DNA of 64,000 bases from contig NW_024704743.1 in assembly GCF_018977255.1 (NCBI RefSeq), forward strand, positions 33,606,001 to 33,670,000, in the 5' to 3' direction. The DNA comes from Callorhinchus milii. Its lineage: Eukaryota. The notes below the pieces were generated by a model. It saw only the letters and a program-made list of their open reading frames with translations. It was not told the origin of the DNA and did not search any database. Made by a program: the position numbers and the translations under genes. Of this stretch, positions 23,936 to 37,500 are shown one piece after another; positions within the stretch are counted from its first letter, which is position 1; each line of letters begins with the position of its first letter.

Positions 23936-26900
23936 CTCAGCAGTGCAGTGTATCTTTATTCGGCACATGTCAGAACACATCTTTGATCACACTTTTGTCA
24001 CCTTCCCTTCTTGCCCTAGCTCGGGTGCCCACCCAGCACTGTCAAGGACTTTGAGATGTGCTGGAGACATGAAAGGCACTATATAAATTAAATGGTATTT
24101 ATTTCATGCTGCAGTAACAGTCATATACATAGGGAAACGTTCATGTTTGAAGCTTTAATTCATATTAGCTGTTTGAGCTGAGGAATTTTTCGCAAATCAA
24201 GTTTAGCTTCCCTGGAGTTTTAAGTCCTCATTTTGTCACTTCTGCCAACAGTTTAATCCAATGCTTGAGTGGGGGAAACATTTTTCTTCCCTCCCTTTGT
24301 TCTCTCTCCCCCCTGCCCCCGCAATACCTCCTGATTTTGATCTCAAAACTTCCATTGAAGTTTGAGATGTGCGTGGTCTAAATGTGAATGAGTGATTCCC
24401 GACTTGCACATGAGCTGCAGTAATGAACAACAGCTCTGCCTTGTGTGATGTGCCAAAACAAATCAGTGCTACACGGTTTTGACAACATTAGATGCTTTTT
24501 ATCCCAAGATTTGCAAGTAACTGGCAAAATTATTGTGTGGGTCTCTGAGGAATTTTTTTTCAATTGTACCATTTATTTCCCCCCCCAAAAAAAGTTTGTG
24601 TGCAGTAAGAGAGAATATTGTTTCTCAGGGAAGTGTACTTTGCCTTTAAATTAAATTTCTTAACCATTGAGAATTCTTTTAATAAAAAAAGCTGAATTTT
24701 GGTAGTATTTTCTTTTGTAATGTGGGTGTTTTAAAATTGGTTTAAAATCAATTCTGGCTGTAAAGCTGGTCTGGACTTTTTAAGCATCGCAGCTTGTGGT
24801 CGTCAACTTGTTGACAGGAAGCAGGGAGATCCGCATTCTCTGTAGCACCTTTGGCATTTTGCCATCAGAGTTTAAAAAAAGATTACCATTAAAATAGAAA
24901 TGCAGGGTGGAACGACTTTAACCATCTCATTTTAGTGCCTTTTTTGTAATTCATCAAATGAAAGGGATGGACTGACTGCATCATTCTCTTTTTGTTATGT
25001 TAACCATTTTTGACATTCCTAACATTATGGCTCTCTTCTCTTTTATCCCTTATAAAAAGATACAGAAAGCTAAAGGAGGTTGGTGCCTAAGGTGTTTCCT
25101 TAGGCTCCGGTAACTTTTGAGTAAATAGGCGTAGTCGATTACTGCAATTGAGCGAGGATTCAAGTGTTGTGTTTCTAAATATTCCCTTTTTATCCCCCCC
25201 CCACCCCCCTCCCCACCAAAAAAAATTATCTATTAATATAAGCTCAGCACAATTTGGGTTGAAAATCTCAGCCCTTCTGGTTCAGTACTGCATCAGTCAG
25301 CGCATTTGCCCACTTGGGCATCCGGGGAGCTAGGGATTGCTGTTTCCAATTAAAATGGTTGAAATATTTGACAGTAAGAATATTTTACAGGATTAATTTC
25401 TCTCCGCCGCTTCCCAAAGCTACAAAGTGTGCAGATAGCTTCCGAGGTTGAGCTCACTTGGAAGCCATGCGTTTCAGAGTGCAGTAATTGCTGCCTGTGC
25501 TGCAATGTAGTGTTTTGTGAATGAAATCTGGCTTGTTAGTGTCACGGTAAAAAATTATCTATAATTACAGTACACAACTTTTGCTAAAAATGTAATCGAA
25601 ATTGAAACCCAATTGGCTGCCGCGTTTTGATATAGTACAAAAAATTATTTTAATAAATATACTTTACAATATGTGAAGTGCTTTGAGGTGTCTCAATTAC
25701 ATGGTAAGGCTAAGATGCTATATCTGATGCAAATATTATGGTGATGATTATTATTATAACACATTAGGTTTATATGTAATTTGACTAATATCAAAATATA
25801 GATACGGCTGTACATTTAAGTAACACCAAAAAGGTTTATTTACATCATGTATCTTCTTTCTTTTCTCCCCCTCCCCCCACCTTGTACAGTATTGATTTAC
25901 TGGAGCATATTGATGCACTGAAAGACTGACCTATCAAAAATCTGGTCAACTTATTTTTTAAACCTTGAATCCCTTCATTCTTTGAAATACTATGTTCTGC
26001 CAGCAAAGTAATCTGCTTGCTAAGTTCAATGGATGCTTGATTGCCCACTGTGATCAGAAAGCATGATAAGCTACTCTGCTCCATTATGGTGATCGAGGTT
26101 TCACTCCAGTGAAGGAGTAACGTGGGATCATAGACTTTGTTTTTCAAGCCACAAATTAAAATATCTAATGGGACATCCAGCTAGAACAGCCATCTCTGGT
26201 TCGCCAGTACTAGTTCAGTCCTGGAAAACCATGCTAAATCTTTATACATTAACATTATTATGAATTATCCACTTAAAAAGGGTCAAGAGTTGAGTGGATT
26301 TGAATCCAGAACCTCTTGTTCCAAATCCATATGCATGCAAAATTATCATGTGTAGGTGGCATGCATATTCGGAATTCAGTCTGGTTTAGATGCTTCTTAA
26401 TCGTGGTGATGGGTTTGTGCATTTGTCTGATGTCTCGCAGACCAAAGGTCCCAAATCCAGTGCTTGGCCGATTGAACACATACTGCTCTTATCAGTTTTG
26501 CAGTGTTTGAGTCAGTTTGGGGTGAACATTATAACATCCCTGAACACGACGTTTAACTGAGAATGCAGGTGCCTCTCGAAAATTAGCATTGCTCTCTCTC
26601 TGTCTCCTTCCAAAAGAGGGCATTGTACCACAATCCTGTACAGTGTGATCTGGGATTTGTTCATTTACAAATCTTAATTCTGTTTGGGGTTTTTGGGGAG
26701 TGGGGGGAGAGAAAAGTGCTTGTTATAAATAGACGAAGGCTAAATTGTATTTTTTATAAGAATTGTGGCTGGTCACTTGTGTTCTTCCCTAGCAGTTTGG
26801 ATAATGAAAAAGAGATGGCGATTATAGATAGAGGGGTCAGGGGGAATAGGGTGAAGGATCCAAACCTGGAGCTCGCTCCATTCTGCTGGAATCTCTTCCT

Positions 26901-28859
26901 GTGTGCTCCCCCCTTGCTGATATCTGCCTGATCTCATGCTGAAATGGCATTCTGCACTATTTGAGCTCACAGTTGTTCCGTCTGAGGGGATCGGGAAGAC
27001 AGAAACCGTCAGTAGGGCACAGATGCTTCATAGGTTCGTTGCCGCTGCTATGTGCATTAGTAAATTTGCTGCTCTAGTTAACAGATGAATGGATGCTGAG
27101 GCGAATGCTTTACATAGGGGTTGCCCTTTTCACCAGTGTGAAATCGTGATGCACATGTATGAGAACAACATCAAAAACAAGAGACCGTAATTAGTTCATA
27201 GTGGTCCAGTTCTTAATGAGGAGGAAACTGCTTGAATATACTTTAAATACCTCCTGCCATTCTCCCCCCCTGCCCTCACCGAACACCACACAAGAACAGT
27301 CTTCTGGCTTTTTTAATGCAATTTTTTTTATTGGTGCAGCACTTCCTCCAGCGCTGGCTCCCATTTCTCCTGTTGTAAAAACCCACTGTGGCAGCTGCAC
27401 CCATCACTATATCTACTTGCGATATCTGCAGCAGAGCGGAGCCAGCAGCCCCAAACTCCCCAGTGCAAACGCACCATTAGGTGCTCATTAATCTTGATTC
27501 TGTTGATTACATTTTTGCCCTAAGTGCATCTAATTTGGTGTGTTTTGAAAAGGCACCACAGCAGTGGCCAACACACCTTCTCTCCTCCCCCCTCCCAGTT
27601 TATTCGCTCATCTGGTAAGCCTCCCAAGTTGTCATTTCATTCCCTGTGACCAGGCCGTGACTGCTGGGACAGGTGAGTGAGCCTGACCCTTCCTCGGCCA
27701 AATATATGCACTTTCTGGGAAAGGACAGTGACTGAGAACTTTAACTAGCCTCCTTCCTCCATTTTGGTTACCATTAAATGTTGGAAGAAACTTTGAAGGG
27801 TGCAGCGATAGTGGGAATTGACTGAATTATAAGCGAATGAACTGGATTGCTGGAAGCTGTGTCAGAATCAGCTTCATCTTATGGTCCGTTTAGGTTGCAA
27901 GGTACTTCAGAATTGGTCTATAATCATTAATGTCCACTGTTCATGATCTAAAGCTCTAGAGACACCATTGGCGTGACCGCAGTTACTAGGAAACATAGTT
28001 CATGTTGAACCGGTACTGGATGAGCATTGTGTTGTTGGAGGCGTTGTCCTTGCAGATGAGAATTTAAAATCCAAGTCCCGGCTTCACAGGGAATTGTAAT
28101 GACTGTGTGTTTTGTAGGCAAACTCTGCAGCCAATTTACAGACAGCAAAGTCTCACATTCATCCCAAATGGACAAACTGGAGAGCCCTTGCTGGGCTGTT
28201 ACTGGAAGCAAGACCGTGCAGGCAAATGTGCCACAAAGCAATCGATAGTTACACAGGTGACGTGTGAAGTGCTGTCACCACTCTTGCGTTCCCAGTGTAT
28301 GATCCTGCTGGGTTTGCACAGAACAATGTGCAGTGCAGAAGTTTTAACACTTCAGGCAGCCTTGGCTGACTTTCTGCTGATCAGAACTGTAAAATCTGTA
28401 AAACATTAATTTTTAAAAAATTCTGATTCCTTTTTAAAATGGGTGATATTTATTCAGTGTCAGTTAAGTGGTTTGTGAGGGTTTTCAGGACAATCGCTGT
28501 CGAGCCAAGTGACATAAGCACCTGTACTAAGGAATGAGGTTCTTGTTGATCTGTATCTGATATGAGTTACAGTATATAGGAAAATTTTACTGCTCTCCTG
28601 TCATCAGGGCCTACCTTTTTATAGAGTACATTGGAGAATGGCAAGACTTGGGAAGTAGTTACATTGAAGCAGCCACATTGGGTCCCAGATTCCCTAGTCT
28701 GTGCTGTGATCCTATAGGGAGGGGGGGGGTCGGTGGGGGAGGGAACGTTGTCATAGTTTAGTCTGGGGATCCCTGGCTAAGGAGAGGCTTGTGTGTGTGT
28801 GGTCACATTGGTTCTCGGGTTGCCTCTTATGTGACATTTATTTTTACATAATAATACAA

Positions 28860-29102
28860 GAATATTCCACATCCCAATTCCAAGTCGCCTTGGTTGTCTG
28901 CTTTTAACTAGAAACTGGAACACTGCCTCAGTCACTCCACCTGGCTTCTTCTTTGCCTGTCTTCAGAGCATGCCTGAAGATCTTCTTGGACTGTGCCTAC
29001 AGTCACCTCCTCCTCTCCCCAGTATGGAATCAAGCTCCACCACTGTTAAGCACCAGATGCTGCCCTGTATGAAGGATGCTGTATAAATGCAAGTTGCTGT
29101 TA
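28860..29102 (+). mobile_element. L2-like LINE 3' end, degenerate
   Basis: ctggaacactgcctcagtcactccacctggc..cttcagagcatgcctgaagatc and tail tataaatgcaagttgctgtt. Confidence 0.6.
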
Positions 29103-29879
29103 TGATCATGATTAAAAAGCATGTGGACCTCCTGCACAGTGGATTCTCTCAGATCTGGGAAATAGTTCCCTGGATGTCATTCAGCCTTCAATATCTTTTC
29201 CACAAGTGGTTGTTCCATATGTGAACAGTGATTGTGATTGCTATCAGCAGCCTATTCAATGGGGTGGGGGGGGGGGAGAGGGGGAGCATCAAGTCCAAAT
29301 CGAGTGCAGACATTTCCTTGGATGTATGTTCAAGGAACCGATCATAAGGCATTGAGGCCAGATGCAGCCCCCCCATTGCCACCCACATGGCTAAGTTGAC
29401 ACAGATTGAGACTGGGGCCTCTGTGATCTGTGTGTTTGCTCCTTGCCAGGCGTATTTCATGCTGCTGTAAGGTAACTGGGGAAAGAGAGCAGCCACTCTC
29501 CTCCAGCCCGGCTGGCTGTCTAGCTGCTGTGGAGCTGTGCCAGTCAGGAGAGCTCACAGCTGTAGGTTTTGCCTGTTTGCAGCCTGACCCAATTTCCCTG
29601 GCAGCACGTGGAACAGGAACAGACGTGGTGGGAGCTCCACACTGCATCCCTCTTTACTCAACTCTGGATGATTACGAAAGGCAGTGTCCTGGCCGATTGA
29701 ATGATTTAAATGTTTAAATGATGAGTGTGTGTGTGGGGTGGGGGGGGGTGCGGAATAGAGAGGGAGACCCCAAGCGGTTATTGGCTATGAAGGCTAACTG
29801 ATAGAATTACTTGGTTGGAGTGTGACCAGCGAAGCCCTCGGAGTCCCCTAATTAAAAATGAGACTGAATTTTATTTTAG

Positions 29880-30190
29880 CAATAATTGCTCTCAAATGCC
29901 AACAAGGTCCCACAAATAGCCGTGAGGTGAACGGCTGATTAATCTGGGAGTTTGTTGGCCAGGACACGAAGAGAAATTCTTTCTTTAATAGAGTTGGGGA
30001 ACATTTTAAATTGTACCTCGGCTGGTAGAATGAGCCTTGGTCATCATCTCATCTGAAAGGTAGCGTTTCCAACAATGCAGAACTCTCCCAGAATTGTTGA
30101 TCTAGATATTGAGCTGAATTCTGAAGTGGGGCTTCAACCCACAGTCTTGTAACCCAGACACGCGAGCCCTACTGACTGAACCAAGCTGGA
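29880..30190 (-). mobile_element. Deu-domain SINE
   Basis: gtcccacaaatagcc..gttggccaggacac..catctcatctgaaagg..gtggggcttcaacccacagtc. Confidence 0.75.
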
Positions 30191-30429
30191 GCAACTTTCT
30201 GTTGTCTGGTGTTTTGAAACTGTCCGGGGTTCAGAATAGATTTTCAGGTTTGATACGTAAGAATGTTCAAATGCTGACCTCTGATGTGCAGAGATGTCGG
30301 GTCTGGCTTTTTCTTTTTGAGATGGGTGCTTTTGCATGCACCCTACCTCGTCTTTCAGTGTTCTTCAGGGGTATGTGTTTGTGTGTGCAAAGGAAATATT
30401 GTGCATGTTGGGAAATGAACTGAGTTTGA

Positions 30430-30807
30430 AGCTGTACTGTACTGTTCAAATCCCTCCACTCCTCTGCAACACCCTACCTCTCTGACCTCCTCTCTCCTCA
30501 AAACAGGGCCGTTTGCCCTCGTTCCACCGGGTCTGCCTCCTCCTTGTCCCCTGAGTTCTCCACTCCACCCTTGGCGGCCGTGTCTTTAGCCATTATGCCC
30601 CGAGGCTCTGAACTCCCTTCCTCACTCCCCTCGCCTCGCCCCCTCTCTTCCTATTTTCAGGTCTCGGCTGAAGAACTTTCTTTTCGACCGAGCCTTTGGT
30701 CACTTTCCTCCTTCTCCCCCTGGCTCGGCCCTGGGATCCGTTACTGTGAAGCGCTCTGAGACGCCGTCCGGCATGGAGGGCGCTATATAAATCCAAGTTG
30801 TTGTTGT
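30430..30807 (+). mobile_element. L2-clade LINE 3' end (best-preserved copy)
   Basis: With frameshifts reads FKSLHSSATPYLSDLL...TLGGRVFSHYAPRL.NSLPHSPRLA.SLPIFRSRLKNFLFDRAFGH; tail stem-loop gcgctctgagacgccgtccggcatggagggcgc then (TTG)n; CpGs retained. Confidence 0.88.
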
Positions 30808-31244
30808 AAGGATTAGGCAGTGGTGACTGAGGGTATCCTATTATCTTATTGCAGCCAACTCTCTGAAAGCACGCTATGGGGAGTGGGATTGCTGTTGAGA
30901 AAGAAATTGAGGTGAAGTTTTGGCAGTGTGATGTAGCAGCTTTGATTTATTTTATTTTATTCAGCATAATGTGCCTCTGATTTTATGGGGCGGGGGATGT
31001 GTAGGAGTAATGTTAGCGAAAGGAAAATAATTGGTTGCTGATCACTGATCATTGACTATGATTAGTGTGTGAGAATGGCTGGCTGAAAGGACACAATGTC
31101 TTCTATGGGGTCGTCAGTTTGAAGAATGTTTATGATAGTAACTTGGAGTAAGGGACGAGCAAGGTTCTTCATGTAGCGCCATGAAGTGTAGCTTTATCTG
31201 TAGAATTGTTAGTCTAGGTCAAGAAATCAGAGTGCGATTTTAAA

Positions 31245-31388
31245 ATCTCATCTGAAAGGCAACACCTCTACTAAAACAACACTCCCCCAGGGTAGCACTG
31301 AAGTTTCAGTCGATGAGCTGAATTCTTGACGTGGGGCTTGAACCAGCAACCCCTTAGTTGAGAGTGCTCCCGACTGAGCCAAACTGAC
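31245..31388 (-). mobile_element. Deu-domain SINE head fragment
   Basis: tctcatctgaaaggcaacacctc..gtggggcttgaacc..agagtgctcccgactgagccaaactgac. Confidence 0.7.
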
Positions 31389-32039
31389 GGGAAAGAAATG
31401 TGGTTATATAAGTGGAAACTGGAATTTTGACAAGTGCCCGTTCAGAAACGAGAAGGGAAAGATTTTTATGTTGACCTGACTTGAAAGGGACAATCAAAGA
31501 TCATAATACTGAGAGGAAGAGGACTTTTATCAACACTGTCAATCGTTGACTAAAAGGGAGAGCGAATTAGGCAGCAAATAATCTGTCAACCTATTTTTAC
31601 TTGTGAACCGATATGAGAAGTTTTGGTTTAATGAGGTGCTATAAATCTGCAAGTTCATTTATCTTTCAGAACACAAATGTTCTTCATTCAGCATCTTCAA
31701 TGTTACTTTCAGGGATTTTTGTTTGCTGGTTTGGTCAATGAAAACCATCTTTGTCTGAAGACTTGAGACGTTCATTCACCAATTATCATCCTTTTGGAAG
31801 GTTATGAAGCTGAAATACAGAGAAATAAATGAGTGTAGCCTGAGTGTTAGTGTTACTAAGCGTCTTAAATATCAACAGATAATTACTGTTGCATGTAGAC
31901 TGTACAATAAATAGTATGGGTATGACGTTGGGCAGGATTACTTGCTGTAATGCCCTCTCCTTGTCCTATGGAATGCCGAATCCTATTTTTTTTACACACA
32001 CCTTAAACTAAACTTGAATAATATTGCTTGTCTGTGTCT

Positions 32040-32345
32040 CAAAGTTCTCCAGAGTTTTTCTGTAAAATGCAGTGACTGTATTTGTTGGATGACTACAGAA
32101 ATTTGCAAACTATCATGAACTGAATTACCAATTTTATCTGGGGATTATTGGCCAGGGTACAATTAGGAACTTCCCTTCTCTTTTTGAATAGTATCATAGG
32201 ATCTTTAATGTCCTCCTGAACAAGCAGATGGCAACTCGGTTTGTCTTATCCAAAACATGGTGCCTCTAACATTGCAGTGCTCGCCCACTTCTGCACTGCA
32301 GTGTCAGCTTAGACTACGAGCTCAAAATTCTCAGGCGGGGCTTGA
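32040..32345 (-). mobile_element. Deu-domain SINE
   Basis: tattggccaggg..cataggatctttaatgtcctcctga..ctgcactgcagtgtcagc..ggggcttgaa. Confidence 0.72.
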
Positions 32346-33043
32346 AGATCTGTAATCTACTTGCAAATGGGATGGAAGATCAAGCAAAGACTTCTGTTGA
32401 GTGGTGAAATATTTATTGAGGTGACTGACAATGTGTAAATTGTGTTGAAAACTTTGCTCTAGCTGAGAGAAATATTCCAGTGGATGGTGAATGCCTCGGT
32501 CGGTTTAGGGGAGATTTCAGAAGTAAGTGGTGATCCTCTTCATTTTCTTAAAGGAATTGCATTGTTGCTCACCTGCTCTGTGGTCTGGAGTGGCCGAAGT
32601 TGTATAATGCACTGTAACAGCAGTGCAAGGTTAACAGTCTCTCATTATTTCTTGCCTGAAAGTTTGCTTTTTTTAAAAAAGAAAACAATGGACTAGGAGT
32701 TCCTTGAAGCAGTTATTTCCTGGAGGTGGCAGGTTCTTATTATTCTGGCTGTCTTAAGTACACGTTAAGTGTAGTCTGTAGACCAGCATTGGTGTAGTAG
32801 ACGGACAGCATAATTGAACTTGCATGTTGCACAGTTGGGAGTAAATTTTGTACAAATTTGTAACTAGTTCACATTAAGGTGAGTGTAATCCCACCTAGGA
32901 GTAGCCCTGGAAAAATAGGATTTTGTAAAAAAAAAAGGGATGATGAGGAGCTGAGGCAAGGTCATAAGTAATTTTTTGGGAATATCCTAGTCCTGGAAAG
33001 AATTGGTATCAGCTAGCTCAACTTGAGTGAACTGTTTTTTGTT

Positions 33044-33165
33044 GTGGAGTCCTGTAGTGTATTGGTTAGAGCACTCGCCTCGCAAGTTTCCTTACACCAC
33101 ACGCCTCTGTTTACCTAGCAGTAAGTAGGAAGCCGGTTGTCAAATGCAAGGATTATTATTATTAT
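33044..33165 (+). mobile_element. Doubly internally deleted mini-SINE (long subfamily)
   Basis: Head gtggagtcctgtag..ctcgcaag joined directly to tttccttacaccacacgcctctgtttacctagcagtaagtagg, then directly to caaatgcaaggattattatt. Confidence 0.85.
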
Positions 33166-34533
33166 ATAGTCTCCTCCAGGTCTGTGTAGAGGAGTTTGAC
33201 TGTGTCACAGATTGGATGCTAGAATAGCTGTGTCCTTCCAGGACCCAAGAAAAAGATGCATTCCCCTCTTTCCTGTATTCGGACTGTATTCGGTGGAAGA
33301 TTTGGGAGTAGTTCGTTGGTTGGAGTGACTCTGATTTATTCTTTAAAAACCTGATGTATTTTATTTTTTTAAAGAAGGCCAGCTTGGCTTGCTGTGAATT
33401 ATATGGCACAAAAGCAGCGTGACTACCACGCTGTAATTTGATAATAGTTATAATTGCAAATGTCCCATTCATTTGAATGGCAGTATGATGTAGTAGAACA
33501 TTTCTTTAATAGCATAACTCAGTGAGCCAATCAATATTTAATTCTGCCCTGATCCGTGAAGCTAACGTTGCAGTAAAAGGTTGTCTCCAGAGATGTGCTG
33601 AATTACGATGACTCCACTCTGTTTTGAGACCCACTTTTTTAGTTTGGGGGGTGAGGGGTGCAGTGCTTGTGTTTTTTTGCTGTGGCAAGGCAATTAAGAC
33701 TTTCGCTGACTCTGGAGAACAATGCTTCTTGGCTATTTAAAAAAATACAATAAACTGCAGTGGTGCAATGGCAACGTGCGCGTTTAACTAACTGGGCACT
33801 TTGCCAGGGTTTATGTGGTTAGCACTGCTCGTAGAGCAATTATATTTACTTTGTTTTACGGTGCTCGTGAAATGAAGTGATGTTCTTCATTGGAAAGCCA
33901 TCTGGCAGCGTGCTGTTAAACTGCAATGCACATCTCCTTTGTTTTGTGTGCTGTGCTGTGTGTGCCTTTTGTTTTCAGTGACGCTCCCGACATTCCTGGT
34001 TATCCAACACTGACTGCGTAATGTTATCCTTGTGGTGTTCAGGAAGTGATCTCTGAAGTGTGGCTGCGGGGAGGGGGGGGAGAAATAGAGGAGCAAACAA
34101 GTAATGTGGCCGTGAAAAGGCATCGTAAAATATTTCTGAAATGTGAATTCTGTTCCAGTTATAATTGCTGCGATTAATAGATTGGAGGAGTGCGGTCATT
34201 TGTGTTCAATTTAGGTTTGGGAATAAAAAAGGGTATTGCAGAATGCTTCACTTCATTCATCACAGATAATCAGCTCTGATTGACGGCTCCTTTAAGAAAA
34301 GCATCTGACCCATGGAGGATGTGGCAGCTTCCTGTGGTAGACTTGCCTTAAAAGACCACCTGCTCTTAAAATGACCCTTACTTCCCTAAATACGTAGGCT
34401 GCCGATCTTCATGGTTGTTTGGATTTTTGTTCTGTTTTTAGCCTACCTAGGGCCACGGGAACATTGAAGTCAGCTGTCGTCCACTCCCTCCACCGTTATT
34501 TATGGAATAGTATTGAAAAAGGCTGGCGCTTAT

Positions 34534-34535
<2 letters not shown>

Positions 34536-34565
<30 letters not shown>
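34536..34565. repeat. (CT)n microsatellite
   Basis: Direct reading. Confidence 0.95.
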
Positions 34566-34567
<2 letters not shown>

Positions 34568-37500
34568 ATTTCAAAATTGTGAATTACAAGCAAATGAGAG
34601 CCCTGACATTTCAGTCCTATTATTAAACTGAGATATGGAGAAGGGGGGGGGAGCTGTGAAAAATAGTCACAGAAATTGCAAATGTTTGTTTGATGGCTCG
34701 GCTTGCTAAACTCGGACACTCTGAAACTCCTCGCTGTATATCTTAATGAGAATTTCACGTGCAAACCACAGATGTGGGAAACCCCCCCCCCTCCCGCCCC
34801 ACCCGTGGTGTTTGCTGTGAAACGCGCCCTGCCAGGCAGGGCAGTGACACCTCGGGGAGTGCAAAACCTGAGTAAGTTCTGACTTGCTGTAAGAAACCTG
34901 CAACCCCACCCATGAATGGAGAGTTAGTGTTAACAGGCTCAAATTGTAAGACGGCTCAGTGAGGCATGCATTGTCTGAATACAGAGTGGAGCAGAAATAA
35001 GCAATGGGGTATAGTGTTTGGAAAAGAGGGTAGATTTGCAACTCAATGGTGGACAGCAGATGTAAATATTAGGCCCCTTGTCAATAAATTGTAGGCAAGA
35101 TGTGTGGTAGATGTGATAGGGTGTCTTTGATGAAAACCATTCTTTACATAGGATGACTAACATACTGTGTTGGCACTCTCCACTCTTTGTAGAGTTCAGA
35201 TTAGGCCTATTGCAAACAAAGATTGTGCAGGAAAAGGTGCGGAAGAAGAGATAACGGATATTGCTGCTGTTGACTTCAAAATAAAAATAATGCTGCTTAC
35301 ATTTCATATAGCACCTTTCATTTCTGGAGGATATCCAAAGTAGTTTATTTTTCGGTCCATAACCAGTACACACAATAATAGCATTTCATAACAAATGCAC
35401 TTCTCTATACTGGAGTTTGTAGACAAACTAGTCTATTCAGATTTGTGATTTGCATTGCACAGCACACTGAAACTCATCCTGCCTGAAAGTACACGTCACT
35501 GCATCACTTGTGGCTTTCCAAAGCCTCTTCCTTCTCTATCTGATATGTAAGATGATCCTGCATTAATCTCTAAACTGCCTGGGGAAGACTTCTCTTTTTC
35601 TGTCTCTTTCTCTCCCACTCTAGGTCTTTTTTTATATTACCCCAGATACTGAAGGGAGTTTTTTTATAAAAAGGCCAAGTTTCAAAACTTATCTTCCTTG
35701 TTGCCACACAAACCTATTCAGGCGAGTGACCATTCTCCATTTGTGATCAGTGAGAGCTGAGTCATACTCCGACTTCACTGTCATTAATGTCTGGTGGGGG
35801 GTAGTGGATTGTGCGCAACTGAAGAAACTTGGGCTGATATTTTTCCCTCCCTCCCCACTGCCTTAAATTGGCAAACTCAGTGCTCACCACAAATCTGCAC
35901 CTTTCTTGTCCCAAACTGGGAAATACATGTACATGTACTCACTGAATCACTGGGGAAAGCAACAGGTAGATTTGTGTAACAGAGTGGTGGAAAGATGATT
36001 GGAGACTGCATGTTGTCTGAATCGATAACTTCCTGCAGCTCCAAGGCAGGATTTTGCTATGTGCTGTTCAGTTCCCTGACCTCACAGAATGGCAGCCTTG
36101 TGCGGAAGTGAGGAGTTCCTAAGGGAGGAATTTGGCATGAGAATTATCATAAAATGCTATTGTGTGCATGGACAGAAAATGGGACAAGATTTTATGTTGG
36201 GTATGGAAATGCGGTTTTGGCCTAAAGAGATTCTGTTGAAAGACTTGGTTGAGATCAATAACAAGTAAAATTCATTTGTTTGGATTCAAGTCTCTCTCTT
36301 CCCCCCCCATCCATCACAAAAAAAGCCTGTTTGCAGGGAGTAACTGTGAAATATAACATCTGACACAGTTTAAATGCAACCTTTTTGACAGTTGAGCTAC
36401 AATAGAGTAGTTTTTTGTTGTTGAAAATGGTAATGTTGATTTCATTTCTTGGGTCTTGATGTGATGGAGTACCTGATGGATTCTAATAATAATAAGCCTT
36501 GCATGTTGATATTGATTGTGTTTTGTGAATGTTTGTTGGATTTTGAACGGCTGTTGGGGAGAATTCCGAGACGCAAGTGAGTGAAAGCAGGCGGTGGGTG
36601 TTTTTGTCTGGGATAGCGCTTTACCACAGCTGTGCAAACTCTTCAACTTGACTTTATATTTTTATATAATGCAATGCATTTATCAAAAAACAACCAATAA
36701 TTGGCTCCTTGGGTGGTTGGATGCACTTTTGTTACTTTGGTGCTGTGTTCAACCATTGATAATGATCTGGATGGGTGTAGCGTGTCAATGGGAATCATTG
36801 CTGGACAGAGTCCAAGATGCTCTATATGATACCTTTTTAATTATGACTGATGTACTGCAAGTTCAAGCTTGACCATATCAATCTGTTGAGTCCTGAAGTG
36901 TAATTGCTGCAAGGCTGCCATGGATTAAGCTAAGGCAGTGGTCCTGAATCGATAGCTACAGCTCCTTCCTCTTTGGGAGGAAGCTGTACCTTCGTGATAG
37001 GTGTTCACTGGTATCCTTGGAGCTGTTCAGACTTGGCTTTCCAACTGGCATATCCAAACTATTTGTATGCACTGAGTAAGGTATAGCGGTACCTGTAGAG
37101 CAGTCGATGTATGTATCAGAAGTGCTGAACTTCATCAGTGATGCAATGTGGCAGATTGTTGCACTGCTGTCAAATACTTGTTGGACACTTGATGTTCTGA
37201 TTGAAGTTGCTGTCTACAGGGTTGCAGCCTTATCAGAGTACAGTGAAATTTGAATTCTAACACCTATGGTTGGGGTTTTCTGTGGCTTTCCTGAGCAATT
37301 GTTTTTGTGTTTTCCATGTGCCTGACTTTTATTAAAGTCGGTGGGAAGTGGTGCGAGAGGGCGACACTGTTAAGAATGCAGGAAGGGGAAGAAAAGGCAG
37401 TGCAGTACTTCAATAACTCCTTTTGCTGCTGCCTGGCAGCGATGCTGGGTACTGGCTCGATCCCTGCTTGTTTGCTCGTCCTGTGGCAAAAACAGTACAG

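Noticed and set aside
36957..36988. Small hairpin tacagctccttcc..ggaggaagctgta
   Set aside because: 13-bp imperfect stem, expected by chance in 64 kb.
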